Assembly (NCBI GenBank): GCA_965372715.1
Contig: CBDVDH010000003.1
Location: 1 to 34,494, forward strand
DNA length: 34,494 bases
Direction of reading: 5' to 3'
Source of the DNA: an uncultured bacterium
GTDB taxonomy: Bacteria > B130-G9
Part shown: in pieces, positions 1 to 8,922 of the stretch
How positions within the stretch are numbered: the first letter of the stretch is position 1
Layout: the number at the start of each line of letters is the position of its first letter
Notes under the pieces: generated by a model
What the model was told of the DNA's origin: nothing
The model's input: the letters and a program-made list of their open reading frames with translations, nothing else
The model's database searches: none
Made by a program: the position numbers and the translations under genes

Positions 1-828
1 AGTTCGCCGACGATTGAGAACAACACGATCTCGGACAACGCCGGCGGCGGGATATTATGCCAGTCTTGCAGTTCGGCGACGATCGCAAACAACACGATCT
101 CGGCCAACACTGCCGTCGGCTGTGGCGGCGGGATATTATGCCACTCTTGCAGTTCGCCGACGATCGAGAACAACATGATCGAGGGCAACACTGCCAAGCG
201 CGACGGCGGCGGGATATACTGCGATGAAAGCTCGCCAGCGATCGAGAACAACACGATCTCGGACAACTCGGCATACTACGGCGGCGGGATATACTGCGAG
301 GACAGTTCGCCGAGCATCTCAAACAACACGATCTCAGACAACTCGGCCACATATGCCGGCGGGATATACTGCGATGAAAGCTCGCCAGCGATCGAGAACA
401 ACATGATCTCAGACAACTCGGCCGCCTACGGCGGCGGGATATCCTGCTGTTGGAGCGGTTCCCCGACGATCAGAAGCAACACGATCACGGGCAACTCGGC
501 GGAACAAGTCGGCGGGGGGATATACTGCTACGAGAGTTCGCCGACGATCATGGATTGCATCATCTGGGGCAACGGCGACGACCTCCTCAACTGCTCCACG
601 ACGTATTGCTGCATACAGGACGACGACGGGGGCGAGGGCAACATCCACGAGGATCCCATGTTCGTCATTGGCCCACTGGGCGAATACTACTTGCACCCCG
701 ATAGCCCCTGCATTGAGGCCGGCAGCCGATCAGCGGCCGAGGCGGGCCTTTCTGATCGCACGACGCAGGCCGACGGCACGCCCGACACGGGCACGGTCGA
801 TATGGGCTTCCACTATCCTGTGCCCTGA
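1..828 (+). CDS. Right-handed parallel beta-helix repeat protein, 5'-truncated by the window edge, probably secreted or surface-located
   Basis: Frame is open from base 1 (SSPTIENNTISDNAGGGILC...) to TGA at 826-828. About 8 repeats of ~23-27 aa, consensus SSPxIxNNxIxxNxAxxGGGIxC. C-terminal cap GNIxxDPxF...LHPDSPCIEAG...DMG. Confidence 0.85.
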   Translation, partial: SSPTIENNTISDNAGGGILCQSCSSATIANNTISANTAVGCGGGILCHSCSSPTIENNMIEGNTAKRDGGGIYCDESSPAIENNTISDNSAYYGGGIYCEDSSPSISNNTISDNSATYAGGIYCDESSPAIENNMISDNSAAYGGGISCCWSGSPTIRSNTITGNSAEQVGGGIYCYESSPTIMDCIIWGNGDDLLNCSTTYCCIQDDDGGEGNIHEDPMFVIGPLGEYYLHPDSPCIEAGSRSAAEAGLSDRTTQADGTPDTGTVDMGFHYPVP

Positions 829-881
829 TGTCGGCTCAGTGGGTGAATAGGGGAAAGGAGGGAGGCGTTGGCCGCCCCAAT

Positions 882-1276
882 TCCCCCGAATGAATTCGGG
901 GGATAGGACAATGGTAGCCTTCTGAATCGCCTCGGCTGAAGCCGGGCGACGGTGTAACCCGGATGGCCTCCACGCACCGGGGAATGAGCTGCCCGGTATC
1001 GTGTCCCGTCTGGCGATGAGGTGGCATGTGCTCGCACTCCACCCTACGAATCACCGCGTTTCAACGCGGTGATATTGACGGTTCTCGTTATATTAGCACC
1101 CGATTTCAATCGGGTGAATTGCAGGACCTCGGCGACCCCCCTTCCCTCCTCCTCTCCAGGATCCTCATCAGAGGGGGATCGGGAGGAGGGCTCTTCGCCG
1201 CCCGACCGCCCCAGCTGGAGCAGGGGGTTATTATAATCATAGCCCGGTGCATCGCCTCGGCTGAAGCCGGGCGACG
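882..1276. repeat. Cluster of REP-like GC-rich hairpins with TGAA/TTCA loops, including a 26-bp direct repeat
   Basis: Hairpins TCCCCCGAA-TGAA-TTCGGGGGA (882-903), ATCACCGCGT-TTCA-ACGCGGTGAT (1050-1073) and CACCCGAT-TTCA-ATCGGGTG (1097-1116). ATCGCCTCGGCTGAAGCCGGGCGACG is identical at 926-951 and 1251-1276. Lies between convergent genes. Confidence 0.75.
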
Positions 1277-1319
1277 AAGTCAAACAGTGGGATGCTAGAA
1301 GCAGTCCTTAGCCGTGATA

Positions 1320-1541
1320 TCACTCGCCGCGCAGCGCCATGAGAGTCATCGTGTGGCTAACGCCCTTCGTCTTCTGGATCTCCTGGATCACGAAATCGCC
1401 AAAACCCTCGGAAGTGTCTGTCTCTACAATCAGCATCAGGTCATACACCCCGGCGACCAGATATATTGATACCACCTCTGGACGCTTCTTCAGACTGCTA
1501 TAGACGTTGAGCGCCTCACCCGTGGCAGCGTTGACGGCCAC
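1320..1541 (-). CDS. Stand-alone Lrp/AsnC ligand-binding (RAM) domain protein
   Basis: 73 aa with V..IYLVAGVYDLMLIVE and GVSHTMT patterns typical of AsnC C-terminal domains. No HTH. GTG start is uncertain; AAGGAGG lies 15 nt upstream. Confidence 0.8.
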   Translation of the reverse strand: MAVNAATGEALNVYSSLKKRPEVVSIYLVAGVYDLMLIVETDTSEGFGDFVIQEIQKTKGVSHTMTLMALRGE

Positions 1542-1657
1542 AAACCCCTTGGGGCGCCTCCTTCTTCAACCTTGCCCCGGAAATCGTGTTTTGAGGAGGA
1601 GAGAGGGGCTGGCGGTGCTTGTCGGGATCTCCCGATTGATACCGGGGCCTAATGCAG

Positions 1658-2755
1658 TTATACCCGGTTCCCTCGCCTCGGCTGAGGACAGGCGATGAGG
1701 TCGAAGAGCAGGCTGCGGAGTAGCTGATCAGATGGGGCGAGGCTGCGCTTGATGGCGGCGTCGGCGTCGGAGACCTTCATCAGGGCGCGGGCGAGCTCTT
1801 TGTGGTCGAACTTGGCGGCGAGCTGGAGCGACTTGTGGATCACGAATGGGTTTTTGGTCAATAGGTTTGCGGCGCCTGAGCCGAACGCGGGCAAGAGCGG
1901 GGCCAGGTCGTTGAGAGCACTATCCTTGAACGTAAAGAAGCTCATCGAGGCGATCTTCGCTTCGTCCAGGTGTTTGGAAAGGAGTATCCTAGCCTGCAAC
2001 AGGAACCTGAACTGGCTGGCGAGGCTCTGGATGACGAACAGCGGCGGCGTACCCTCCTGAAGCAGGTTCGCGAGCGCCCGAAAGGCCGAGGCAACGTTCT
2101 TCTTCGCGACAGCGTCCGTCAGCTCGAACACGGCCTGCTGCCTGGCCTCAGGGACAATTGCCTCAACGTCTTTGGTGTCTATCCTGCCCTTTTCGCCCAC
2201 GAACAGCGACAGCTTCTCGAGCTCGCCGCATATCGATCGTAGGTCGGTTCCGACGCTGTCCTTGAGCGCAAGAAACGCATCTGACGTGATGGTCTTGCCC
2301 TTCTCGGTCAGAAGCTCGTTCACGAACGTGAAGACCGGGTCACGATGAACCTGCATCCCGGGGAAGCTCCTGAGTTTGGGGAAGTTCAGGACGTCAGCCT
2401 GCTTGAGGCTCTTGGCGAACGAGGTTATGCCCGGCCCCGACTCGCAGACCGAGAGTATGAGGAACTTACCCTTCGGCAGGCCGGCTGCGATTCTGCTGAC
2501 GAATTCCGTCAGCTGCGCCTTTGCCTGCGCGCCCTTCTCAAGAGCGGCCGTAAACTCCGGGATAATCACTACCTTGTCCGACGAGAAGAGCGAGCCGCTC
2601 AGGAGTTCAGTCAGTATCAGCTTTAGGTCTAAGGCCGCGCCGGGCAGCGAAACAAACTCCGCGGAAGCCCCCAACCGCTGCCTGAGCGCCTCGACAATGC
2701 GCTGCCTCGCCTCGGATACGAGGAACTCCTCCCCACCGTGAATGAAGTAGGTCAA
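1658..2755 (-). CDS. holA: DNA polymerase III delta subunit
   Basis: N-terminal YFIHGGEEFL, SLFSSDKVVI, ELEKLSLF and VFELTDAV motifs; 365 aa. Confidence 0.85.
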   Translation of the reverse strand: MTYFIHGGEEFLVSEARQRIVEALRQRLGASAEFVSLPGAALDLKLILTELLSGSLFSSDKVVIIPEFTAALEKGAQAKAQLTEFVSRIAAGLPKGKFLILSVCESGPGITSFAKSLKQADVLNFPKLRSFPGMQVHRDPVFTFVNELLTEKGKTITSDAFLALKDSVGTDLRSICGELEKLSLFVGEKGRIDTKDVEAIVPEARQQAVFELTDAVAKKNVASAFRALANLLQEGTPPLFVIQSLASQFRFLLQARILLSKHLDEAKIASMSFFTFKDSALNDLAPLLPAFGSGAANLLTKNPFVIHKSLQLAAKFDHKELARALMKVSDADAAIKRSLAPSDQLLRSLLFDLIACPQPRRGNRV

Positions 2756-2847
2756 GGGGCCGTTCCCCGCCTCAATTGCCGAGACAGCGGCCCTTATCTG
2801 GGCGAGACCTGAGCCTGTGGGCTTAGCCGAGGCGATTAGTCAATCTC

Positions 2848-4320
2848 CTACTCGTATTCCCAATCGACGGAGTATATGTCTCCGACGAAGTTAAACGTCC
2901 CGGGTTCTGTAATGCCTATGTACCAGCGGCACTGGGGATACGGAAACCTGTCATCGAACCTGTACTCAAACAGCGTCCCGGACCGCTTCGTTGATAGCGG
3001 TTCGACAGAGACGCGAGCGTCGAGGGTAGAGGGCAGCGTTGAGAGCGTCGGGTAGTAGAGCAGCTCATTGCCCGTCCAAAGGGCGAGGTAAACGTCGGCC
3101 TCAAGCGGTGAGTACATTGGGTTGATGATGTAATAGAACCCGAGCATGGTGTCGTCAAGCGTGTAGGTGGTCTTGTTGAGATGGAGCCCGACTCTGGGTG
3201 TGTAGTCGGTCGAGCCGCCGCCTATTGCGTAAATCGCCCCGTCCATCGTGCCAAAGTAGAGCGTGCCGCTTGCGTCGAGCGCGAGGGACGACACAATTTC
3301 GCTTTCTGTCTCGAACGTCCAACGCATGGCGCCCGCCGAGTCGAGACTGTAAAGGCGCCCGTCGAACGCGCCGAAATAGCAGTTGCCGTCGATGTCGAGC
3401 GCGCACGATGAACGGACCTCGGAGCCAACGTCGAAAGACCACCTAGTCTTGCCCTCGGGGTGGATGCAATAAAAATACTCGTCGTAGGAGCCAAAATATA
3501 TCGAGCCATCGGCATAGACCGCCGGGGATGACGTAATGTCGTCGAACACCTCGTATTGCCAGAATATCTCGCCATCGTCGGGCGTCAGGCACGTAATCGT
3601 ATTGTCCCAGCAGGGCACGTAAATCATCTCGTCAGGGCCGATTGCGGTCGCGCCGCTTATCCAGTCGTAGCCAACGTAAGACCATTTGAGGGCGCCAAAG
3701 GGCGCAAAGGCATACAGCCGGCGGTCATCCGCGCCCACATAGACTGTGCCGTCATCCGCGATTGCGGGCGCCGACACGATCCAGTCGTATGCGTCGTAGC
3801 TCCAGTTGAGCGTGCCGTCGCTTCTGAACGCGTAGAAGCTCTCGGAGCGCGAGCCGAAATAGATGCTCCCGTCCGTGCCTATCGTCGGCGGGCCGTCGTT
3901 GTATTCGTCCGTGTCAAACTTGGCCACGAATTCGCCGTCCGTTGTCAGCCAATAGAAGTAGTGATCGTAGGAGCCAAAGAAGACGCCGAGGTTCTCCGAG
4001 ACCGCAGCCGTGGAGGAGATGTCATCCTCCGCTGTGAATGTGAACGCCTCGCTGCCGTCGGGGTTGAGGCAGTAGAACTTGTCGGAGCCGATGTAGATTC
4101 GCCCGTGAGAGTCGATGACCGGCGAGTTTGGGACCTCACCGTCAGTCTGATAGACCCATTTGAGCTCCGGCGTTTCGGGGCCGAGCGACATCGCCATGCC
4201 GCTGTGCTTGACGTCGTGCATGAAGCACGGCCACTGCTCCTGTCCCAGGCCGTGCGAGCTGCTTACGCCGAACAGGATGACGGAGATTAAGAGGACGGTC
4301 TTCTGGGCATAGAGCTTCAT
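2848..4320 (-). CDS. Secreted PQQ-binding-like (BamB-type) beta-propeller protein with an extra C-terminal domain
   Basis: Signal-peptide-like N-terminus, WPCFMHDVKHSG motif, repeated SSPAI..DG.IY.GS.D..LYA...G..KW units, and ~120 aa non-repeat C-terminus. Confidence 0.85.
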   Translation of the reverse strand: MKLYAQKTVLLISVILFGVSSSHGLGQEQWPCFMHDVKHSGMAMSLGPETPELKWVYQTDGEVPNSPVIDSHGRIYIGSDKFYCLNPDGSEAFTFTAEDDISSTAAVSENLGVFFGSYDHYFYWLTTDGEFVAKFDTDEYNDGPPTIGTDGSIYFGSRSESFYAFRSDGTLNWSYDAYDWIVSAPAIADDGTVYVGADDRRLYAFAPFGALKWSYVGYDWISGATAIGPDEMIYVPCWDNTITCLTPDDGEIFWQYEVFDDITSSPAVYADGSIYFGSYDEYFYCIHPEGKTRWSFDVGSEVRSSCALDIDGNCYFGAFDGRLYSLDSAGAMRWTFETESEIVSSLALDASGTLYFGTMDGAIYAIGGGSTDYTPRVGLHLNKTTYTLDDTMLGFYYIINPMYSPLEADVYLALWTGNELLYYPTLSTLPSTLDARVSVEPLSTKRSGTLFEYRFDDRFPYPQCRWYIGITEPGTFNFVGDIYSVDWEYE

Positions 4321-4333
4321 AGTTGTTACTCCG

Positions 4334-5002
4334 TTATGAGGCGCGGTCGATTGCGGTGATGAAATCTCTTGTGGCCCGGGCAGGGTCGGGGGCGTTCACG
4401 ATGGCGCTGCAAACTGCGAAGCCGAAAGCTCCAGCGGAGAGCACGTCGCCCACACGGTCAAGGCTGACGCCGCCGATTCCGAACACTGGTATCTCGACGC
4501 TGTCAGCGATTGTGGCGAGGCCATCAAGCCCAAGCTTAGCAGCGTTCTGTTTCATGCCAGTCGAGAACACCGCGCCGCAGCCCAGGTAGTCTGCGCCAGC
4601 CGACTGCGCCAGCAGCGCCCCATCCTTGGAGTGGGCAGACAGACCGATCATGACATTATCCCTTCCACACGCAGAAAAGAGGCTCCGCGCATCGGCGAGG
4701 ACAAGATCGCTTTGGCCCAAGTGCACACCGTCCGCGCCGGCAAGAATCGCCAGGTCCACTCGGTCGTTCACAACGACCCACGCGTCGTGCGTTCTCGCCC
4801 GGTCTATGACGAGCCTAAGCAGGGCGAGTCGGTCTCTATCGCTCATCGACTTTTCACGGACCTGAATGAACCTGCATCCCCCACTCAGAACTCGCTCCGC
4901 AACTGTGAGTGAATGCTCAACTCCCGCGCTGCCTGAATCGAGTATGATGCAGAGCCTCCGTGCGCTGAAATCGCCATCGCGCCCCACCCTCTGCAACCTC
5001 AT
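4334..5002 (-). CDS. thiE: Thiamine-phosphate synthase
   Basis: [35 protein letters not shown] and FGIGG motifs. Confidence 0.92.
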   Translation of the reverse strand: MRLQRVGRDGDFSARRLCIILDSGSAGVEHSLTVAERVLSGGCRFIQVREKSMSDRDRLALLRLVIDRARTHDAWVVVNDRVDLAILAGADGVHLGQSDLVLADARSLFSACGRDNVMIGLSAHSKDGALLAQSAGADYLGCGAVFSTGMKQNAAKLGLDGLATIADSVEIPVFGIGGVSLDRVGDVLSAGAFGFAVCSAIVNAPDPARATRDFITAIDRAS

Positions 5003-6393
5003 GCGCTGTGCGCTGTTCTGACGCGCTTCCCTTCACGCTCCCGCTCGGCCTGCGCCTTACCCAGAAAGCGCTCGACGAAGGCTGTCGAGAACCGGCCGAC
5101 GATGAATTCAGAGTCCTTCATTACTTCCATGTGGAACGGAATCGTTGTGTCTATTCCCTCTATCACAAACTCCTCGAGACTGCGCCGCATCCTGGCAATG
5201 GCTTCATTACGGGTCGGGGCATGAACGATGACCTTTGCGATCAACGAATCGTAGTATGGCAGAACGACGTAATCCTTGTAGATTGATGTATCCACTCGAA
5301 CGCCTATTCCGCCCGGGAGATTGCACGCTGTTATCTCACCGGGCGACGGGGCGAATGTCTCAGGATGCTCGGCATTGATGCGGCACTCCAGGCTGTGGCC
5401 GTTAAACTTGACGTCTGACTGCTTTAAGCTGAGCTTCTCCCCGGCTGCGATGACGATCATTTCCTTGACGATATCGACGCCGGTCACAAACTCCGTGACC
5501 GGATGCTCAACCTGAATCCTTGTGTTCATCTCGAGGAAGTAGAACTGCCCACGCGGGTCCATCAAGAACTCCATCGTTCCGGCCGACGTATAGCCGAGCT
5601 TGCTTGCCGCTTCAGTAACAATAGAACCTAATGAATGGCGGCGCCTCGAGGTCATCACCGGGGACGGCGATTCTTCGATGAGCTTCTGATGGCGGCGCTG
5701 AATCGAGCATTCGCGCTCACCGAGGTGAATGACATTGCCGTGTTCATCGGCGAGGACCTGAAACTCTATGTGCCTGGGCTCTCCGACGTATTTCTCGATG
5801 TATGCCGCGGGGTTGCCGAATGCGGCACCCGCCTCGCCCCGGACCAACTCGAAGGCCCTGGGCAGGTCATCTTTGTCGTGGACAATCCTCATCCCCTTGC
5901 CGCCGCCGCCGCCGGACGCCTTGATAAGGACCGGGAAGCCAATCTCGCACGCTACTTCGAGCGCCTCCTTGGCGTCCTCGACCTCTCCGTCTGAGCCCGG
6001 CAGAACCGGCACGCCGAGGCTCCTCATCGTAGCTCTGGCCACCGCCTTGTCGCCCATCAGCCGTATCAACTTCGGAGACGGGCCAATGAACTTGATCTTG
6101 TGATCCTCACAGATGCGGGCGAAGCCGGGGTCCTCAGCGAGGTAGCCGTAGCCGGGGTGGATGGCATCCGCGCCGGTAACGAGCGCAGCGCTGATTATAC
6201 CGGTTATATTCAGGTAGCTCTTGTCGTTTCGGGCGGGACCGATGCAGACGCTCTCGTCAGCGAAGCGAACGTGCAGGGAGTTCTCATCGACGTTGGAATA
6301 GACCGCGACCGACTGAATCCCCATCTCCCGGCACGCGCGAATAATCCGTAGCGCAATCTCGCCACGGTTGGCAATCAGGATTTTGCTGAACAT
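4999..6393 (-). CDS. accC: Acetyl-CoA carboxylase biotin carboxylase subunit
   Basis: [58 protein letters not shown]. Confidence 0.97.
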   Translation of the reverse strand: MFSKILIANRGEIALRIIRACREMGIQSVAVYSNVDENSLHVRFADESVCIGPARNDKSYLNITGIISAALVTGADAIHPGYGYLAEDPGFARICEDHKIKFIGPSPKLIRLMGDKAVARATMRSLGVPVLPGSDGEVEDAKEALEVACEIGFPVLIKASGGGGGKGMRIVHDKDDLPRAFELVRGEAGAAFGNPAAYIEKYVGEPRHIEFQVLADEHGNVIHLGERECSIQRRHQKLIEESPSPVMTSRRRHSLGSIVTEAASKLGYTSAGTMEFLMDPRGQFYFLEMNTRIQVEHPVTEFVTGVDIVKEMIVIAAGEKLSLKQSDVKFNGHSLECRINAEHPETFAPSPGEITACNLPGGIGVRVDTSIYKDYVVLPYYDSLIAKVIVHAPTRNEAIARMRRSLEEFVIEGIDTTIPFHMEVMKDSEFIVGRFSTAFVERFLGKAQAEREREGKRVRTAHSA

Positions 6394-6411
6394 CAGAGAA
6401 CCTAACGGCTC

Positions 6412-6867
6412 CTAGGCCGGCTCGATCCACATCAGAGGCTGGCCATACTCTACCGGTTGAGCGTCCTCCATCAGAATCTTGATGACCTTACCGTCGAAAT
6501 CGGACTCGATCTCGTTCATCACCTTCATCGCCTCAACGATGCACAACGTCTTCCCCACGGTAACATAATCGCCCGTGCTAACAAACGGCTCAGCGCCAGG
6601 CGCAGGCGCTAGATAAAAGGTTCCGACGATCGGTGATTTCACAACCGCAACCTCCGGCTCTGCAACCTCACCCCCACGAAGCTCCGGCGCCTCAGTTCCG
6701 CCAAAGGCGAGGTCTGGAAGAGCCACCTGCGAGGCCTTCCCCGCGTCCAGCGGGCTCGCACCATCTCGCCTGAGCTTAAGACGCATGTCGCTGGCCTCAT
6801 ATTCCAGTTCGCACACGTGGCACGAGGCCATCAGCTCCATTAGCTGCCTTATCAATTCAACGTCCAT
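6412..6867 (-). CDS. accB: Acetyl-CoA carboxylase biotin carboxyl carrier protein
   Basis: SPIVGTFY and EAMKVMN biotinylation motif. ATG at 6867 chosen because it follows the efp stop; the ORF track starts at 6879. Confidence 0.95.
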   Translation of the reverse strand: MDVELIRQLMELMASCHVCELEYEASDMRLKLRRDGASPLDAGKASQVALPDLAFGGTEAPELRGGEVAEPEVAVVKSPIVGTFYLAPAPGAEPFVSTGDYVTVGKTLCIVEAMKVMNEIESDFDGKVIKILMEDAQPVEYGQPLMWIEPA

Positions 6868-6869
6868 GG

Positions 6870-7454
6870 CTACTCCCATCGGGACTCTTTTGTTTCCTGG
6901 ACCCTCTCACAATAGCTCTTGGTTCTGGTGTCAATCTTCAACAGTTCCCCTTCCTCAATGAAAAGAGGCACCTGGCAAGCGGCCCCTGTCGAGAGGACCG
7001 CGGCTTTAGTCGCACCGGATACCGTGTCGCCCTTTATCCCAGGCTCGGTCTTGGCAACTTTTAGGTTCACGAATATCGGCAGCTCTACGCCCGCCGGACG
7101 GTCCTTGTAGAACATCATCTTGACCTCGATGTTGTCGGGCATGAACCCACCTGCGGCGCCGACAATCTCCTCAGACACCTCAACCTGCTCATAAGTCTCC
7201 ACGTCCATGAAGTAGTAGATGTCCTGCTCCTTATATAGGAACTGCATCTTGCGCTCAAACACCTCCGCCTCAACGAGCTTCTCGCCGGCGCGGAACGTCT
7301 TATCCAAAACGGCGCCCGTGAAAAGGTTCTTGAGCTTCGTCCGAACGAAAGCCTGCCCCTTCCCGGGTTTGACGTGTTGAAACTCCACAACCGAGTAGGG
7401 ACTCCCATCAACCTCTATCTTAGTGCCGGGCCTCAAATCGTTCGATGAGATCAA
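6870..7454 (-). CDS. efp: Elongation factor P
   Basis: HVKPGKGQAFVRTKL, PGIKGDT and VPLFI motifs; TTG start after GGAGG. Confidence 0.97.
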   Translation of the reverse strand: MISSNDLRPGTKIEVDGSPYSVVEFQHVKPGKGQAFVRTKLKNLFTGAVLDKTFRAGEKLVEAEVFERKMQFLYKEQDIYYFMDVETYEQVEVSEEIVGAAGGFMPDNIEVKMMFYKDRPAGVELPIFVNLKVAKTEPGIKGDTVSGATKAAVLSTGAACQVPLFIEEGELLKIDTRTKSYCERVQETKESRWE

Positions 7455-7547
7455 TCCATACCTCCCATACCTCCCGAAATCTTATTCAGCCGACGTAGCT
7501 CTGCGAGCTACTATGGCGAAGTCTGCCTCCCGCTAATCATGCACAAC

Positions 7548-7576
7548 AGATTGCGCCCAAACTGCCGCAAAGTCAA
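7548..7576 (-). promoter_or_regulatory. Possible sigma70-type promoter for efp-accBC
   Basis: On the minus strand TTGACT-N17-CAATCT in the gap between the peptidase and efp; pattern match only. Confidence 0.3.
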
Positions 7577-7600
7577 AACACACGCCGCATCAATCATACT

Positions 7601-8716
7601 TCAAGCATACCTCAAGACGAAAAGCTCCTGCGCGAGGCCATCAGCAATCCGAACCGCGCCCTCCTCCGCAACGATGAAATCATCCTCGAGGCGCAGTCCA
7701 CCCTCGCCGGGGAAGTATATCCCAGGTTCTATTGTCATCAGCATGTTCAGCTGAAGCTTCGTGTCCGACATGGGGCCAAGCTGAGGCGCCTCATGCACCA
7801 AAAGCCCGATGCCGTGGCCAAGGCCGTGCCCGAACTGGTCCCCGTAGCCTGCTTTCTTGATCACGTCCCGTGCAACCGCATCGACATCCTTGCAGACTGC
7901 GCCTGGCACAGCAGCTCTTGCGGCTTTGCGCTGCGCCTTCTTCAGAACTGAGAACAGCTCTTGCTGCTTCGCGCTCGGCTGGCCGACCACGCAAGTGCGC
8001 GTGAAGTCCGAATGGTAACCCTTATACACAGCCCCAAAATCGACGACGACAAGGTCACCGGGCTTGAGCTTGCTGTGGGACGGCTTGCCGTGGATGAGCG
8101 ACGACCTCGGTCCAGAACAGAGAATGATGTCAAACGCCGACTTCTGAGCCCCGAGCTTCAGCATCTCGTATTCAAGATGTGCGGCCAGTTCACGCTCAGT
8201 TTTACCCCGAACGTTCAATTCAACCAGCCTCAGGAACGCCTCGATCGCTATGTCACAGGCTTTTCTTATCAGACCGATCTCTTCCTTAGATTTGACGATC
8301 CTCAGGTCTTCGACGACGTTGGGAAAGGCCTTGAGTTCGACGTCCAGGAGTGCATTCGCCAGCTTCTGATGAGAGGAGTAAAGCGTATGATTGGGATCGA
8401 AACCCAGGCTCTTGACGCCCAGCTCCTTAATCGTCTCGTTCAAGAAATCACCATACCCAGCTCCCGGCGGAAGCTTCCTCAGCTCGAAGCCCACAACTTC
8501 CTGCTCCACCTGCTCGAAGTATCGCCCGTCGGTGATGATGAACGCGTCCTTCTTGCCGACCACTATGATGCCGGTTGAGCCAGAGAAGCCGGACAAGTAC
8601 CTCACGTTGGGATTCGGCAGATTCTCGCTGTGCGTTGCGAAAACGGCATCCACCCCCTGCCGAGCGAGCTCCTGCTTAACCTTCTTGAGCCTGCTGGCCA
8701 CCAGCTGCTTTGTCAT
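7601..8716 (-). CDS. Xaa-Pro aminopeptidase/dipeptidase (M24B)
   Basis: YLSGFSGS, TDGRY, DFGA..GYHSDFTRT, HGLGHGIGL.VHE and EPGIY..GGLRLEDD metal ligands. Conserved neighbour of efp. ATG 8716 is preceded by AGGGAG. Confidence 0.92.
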   Translation of the reverse strand: MTKQLVASRLKKVKQELARQGVDAVFATHSENLPNPNVRYLSGFSGSTGIIVVGKKDAFIITDGRYFEQVEQEVVGFELRKLPPGAGYGDFLNETIKELGVKSLGFDPNHTLYSSHQKLANALLDVELKAFPNVVEDLRIVKSKEEIGLIRKACDIAIEAFLRLVELNVRGKTERELAAHLEYEMLKLGAQKSAFDIILCSGPRSSLIHGKPSHSKLKPGDLVVVDFGAVYKGYHSDFTRTCVVGQPSAKQQELFSVLKKAQRKAARAAVPGAVCKDVDAVARDVIKKAGYGDQFGHGLGHGIGLLVHEAPQLGPMSDTKLQLNMLMTIEPGIYFPGEGGLRLEDDFIVAEEGAVRIADGLAQELFVLRYA

Positions 8717-8922
8717 CTCAGTCTCCCTAGAACAAAAAACTGTCATACTCGTTAATTGGAAGCACCAATACTACGATTGGCATCCCTTCCCCTCAACCCG
8801 TAATTTTGGAGGGCTTTGATACTGGATGGTTCTTATGTTCGTAGTTGTTATGTTAAGGTATCAGAGCATTGTGCTTGAAGCGAAAAGAGGAGCGGGCGAT
8901 TTTGTGCTGCGGTCTTGATTTG

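Noticed and set aside
1-560. CRISPR array or DGR variable region
   Set aside because: The repeats are in-frame, degenerate protein repeats without unique spacers. No cas gene, reverse transcriptase or separate template repeat is in the window.
926-1276. Integrated element or IS flanked by att sites or a target duplication
   Set aside because: The 26-bp repeats are themselves hairpins, enclose only ~300 bp and no recombinase is present; two REP copies is the simpler explanation.
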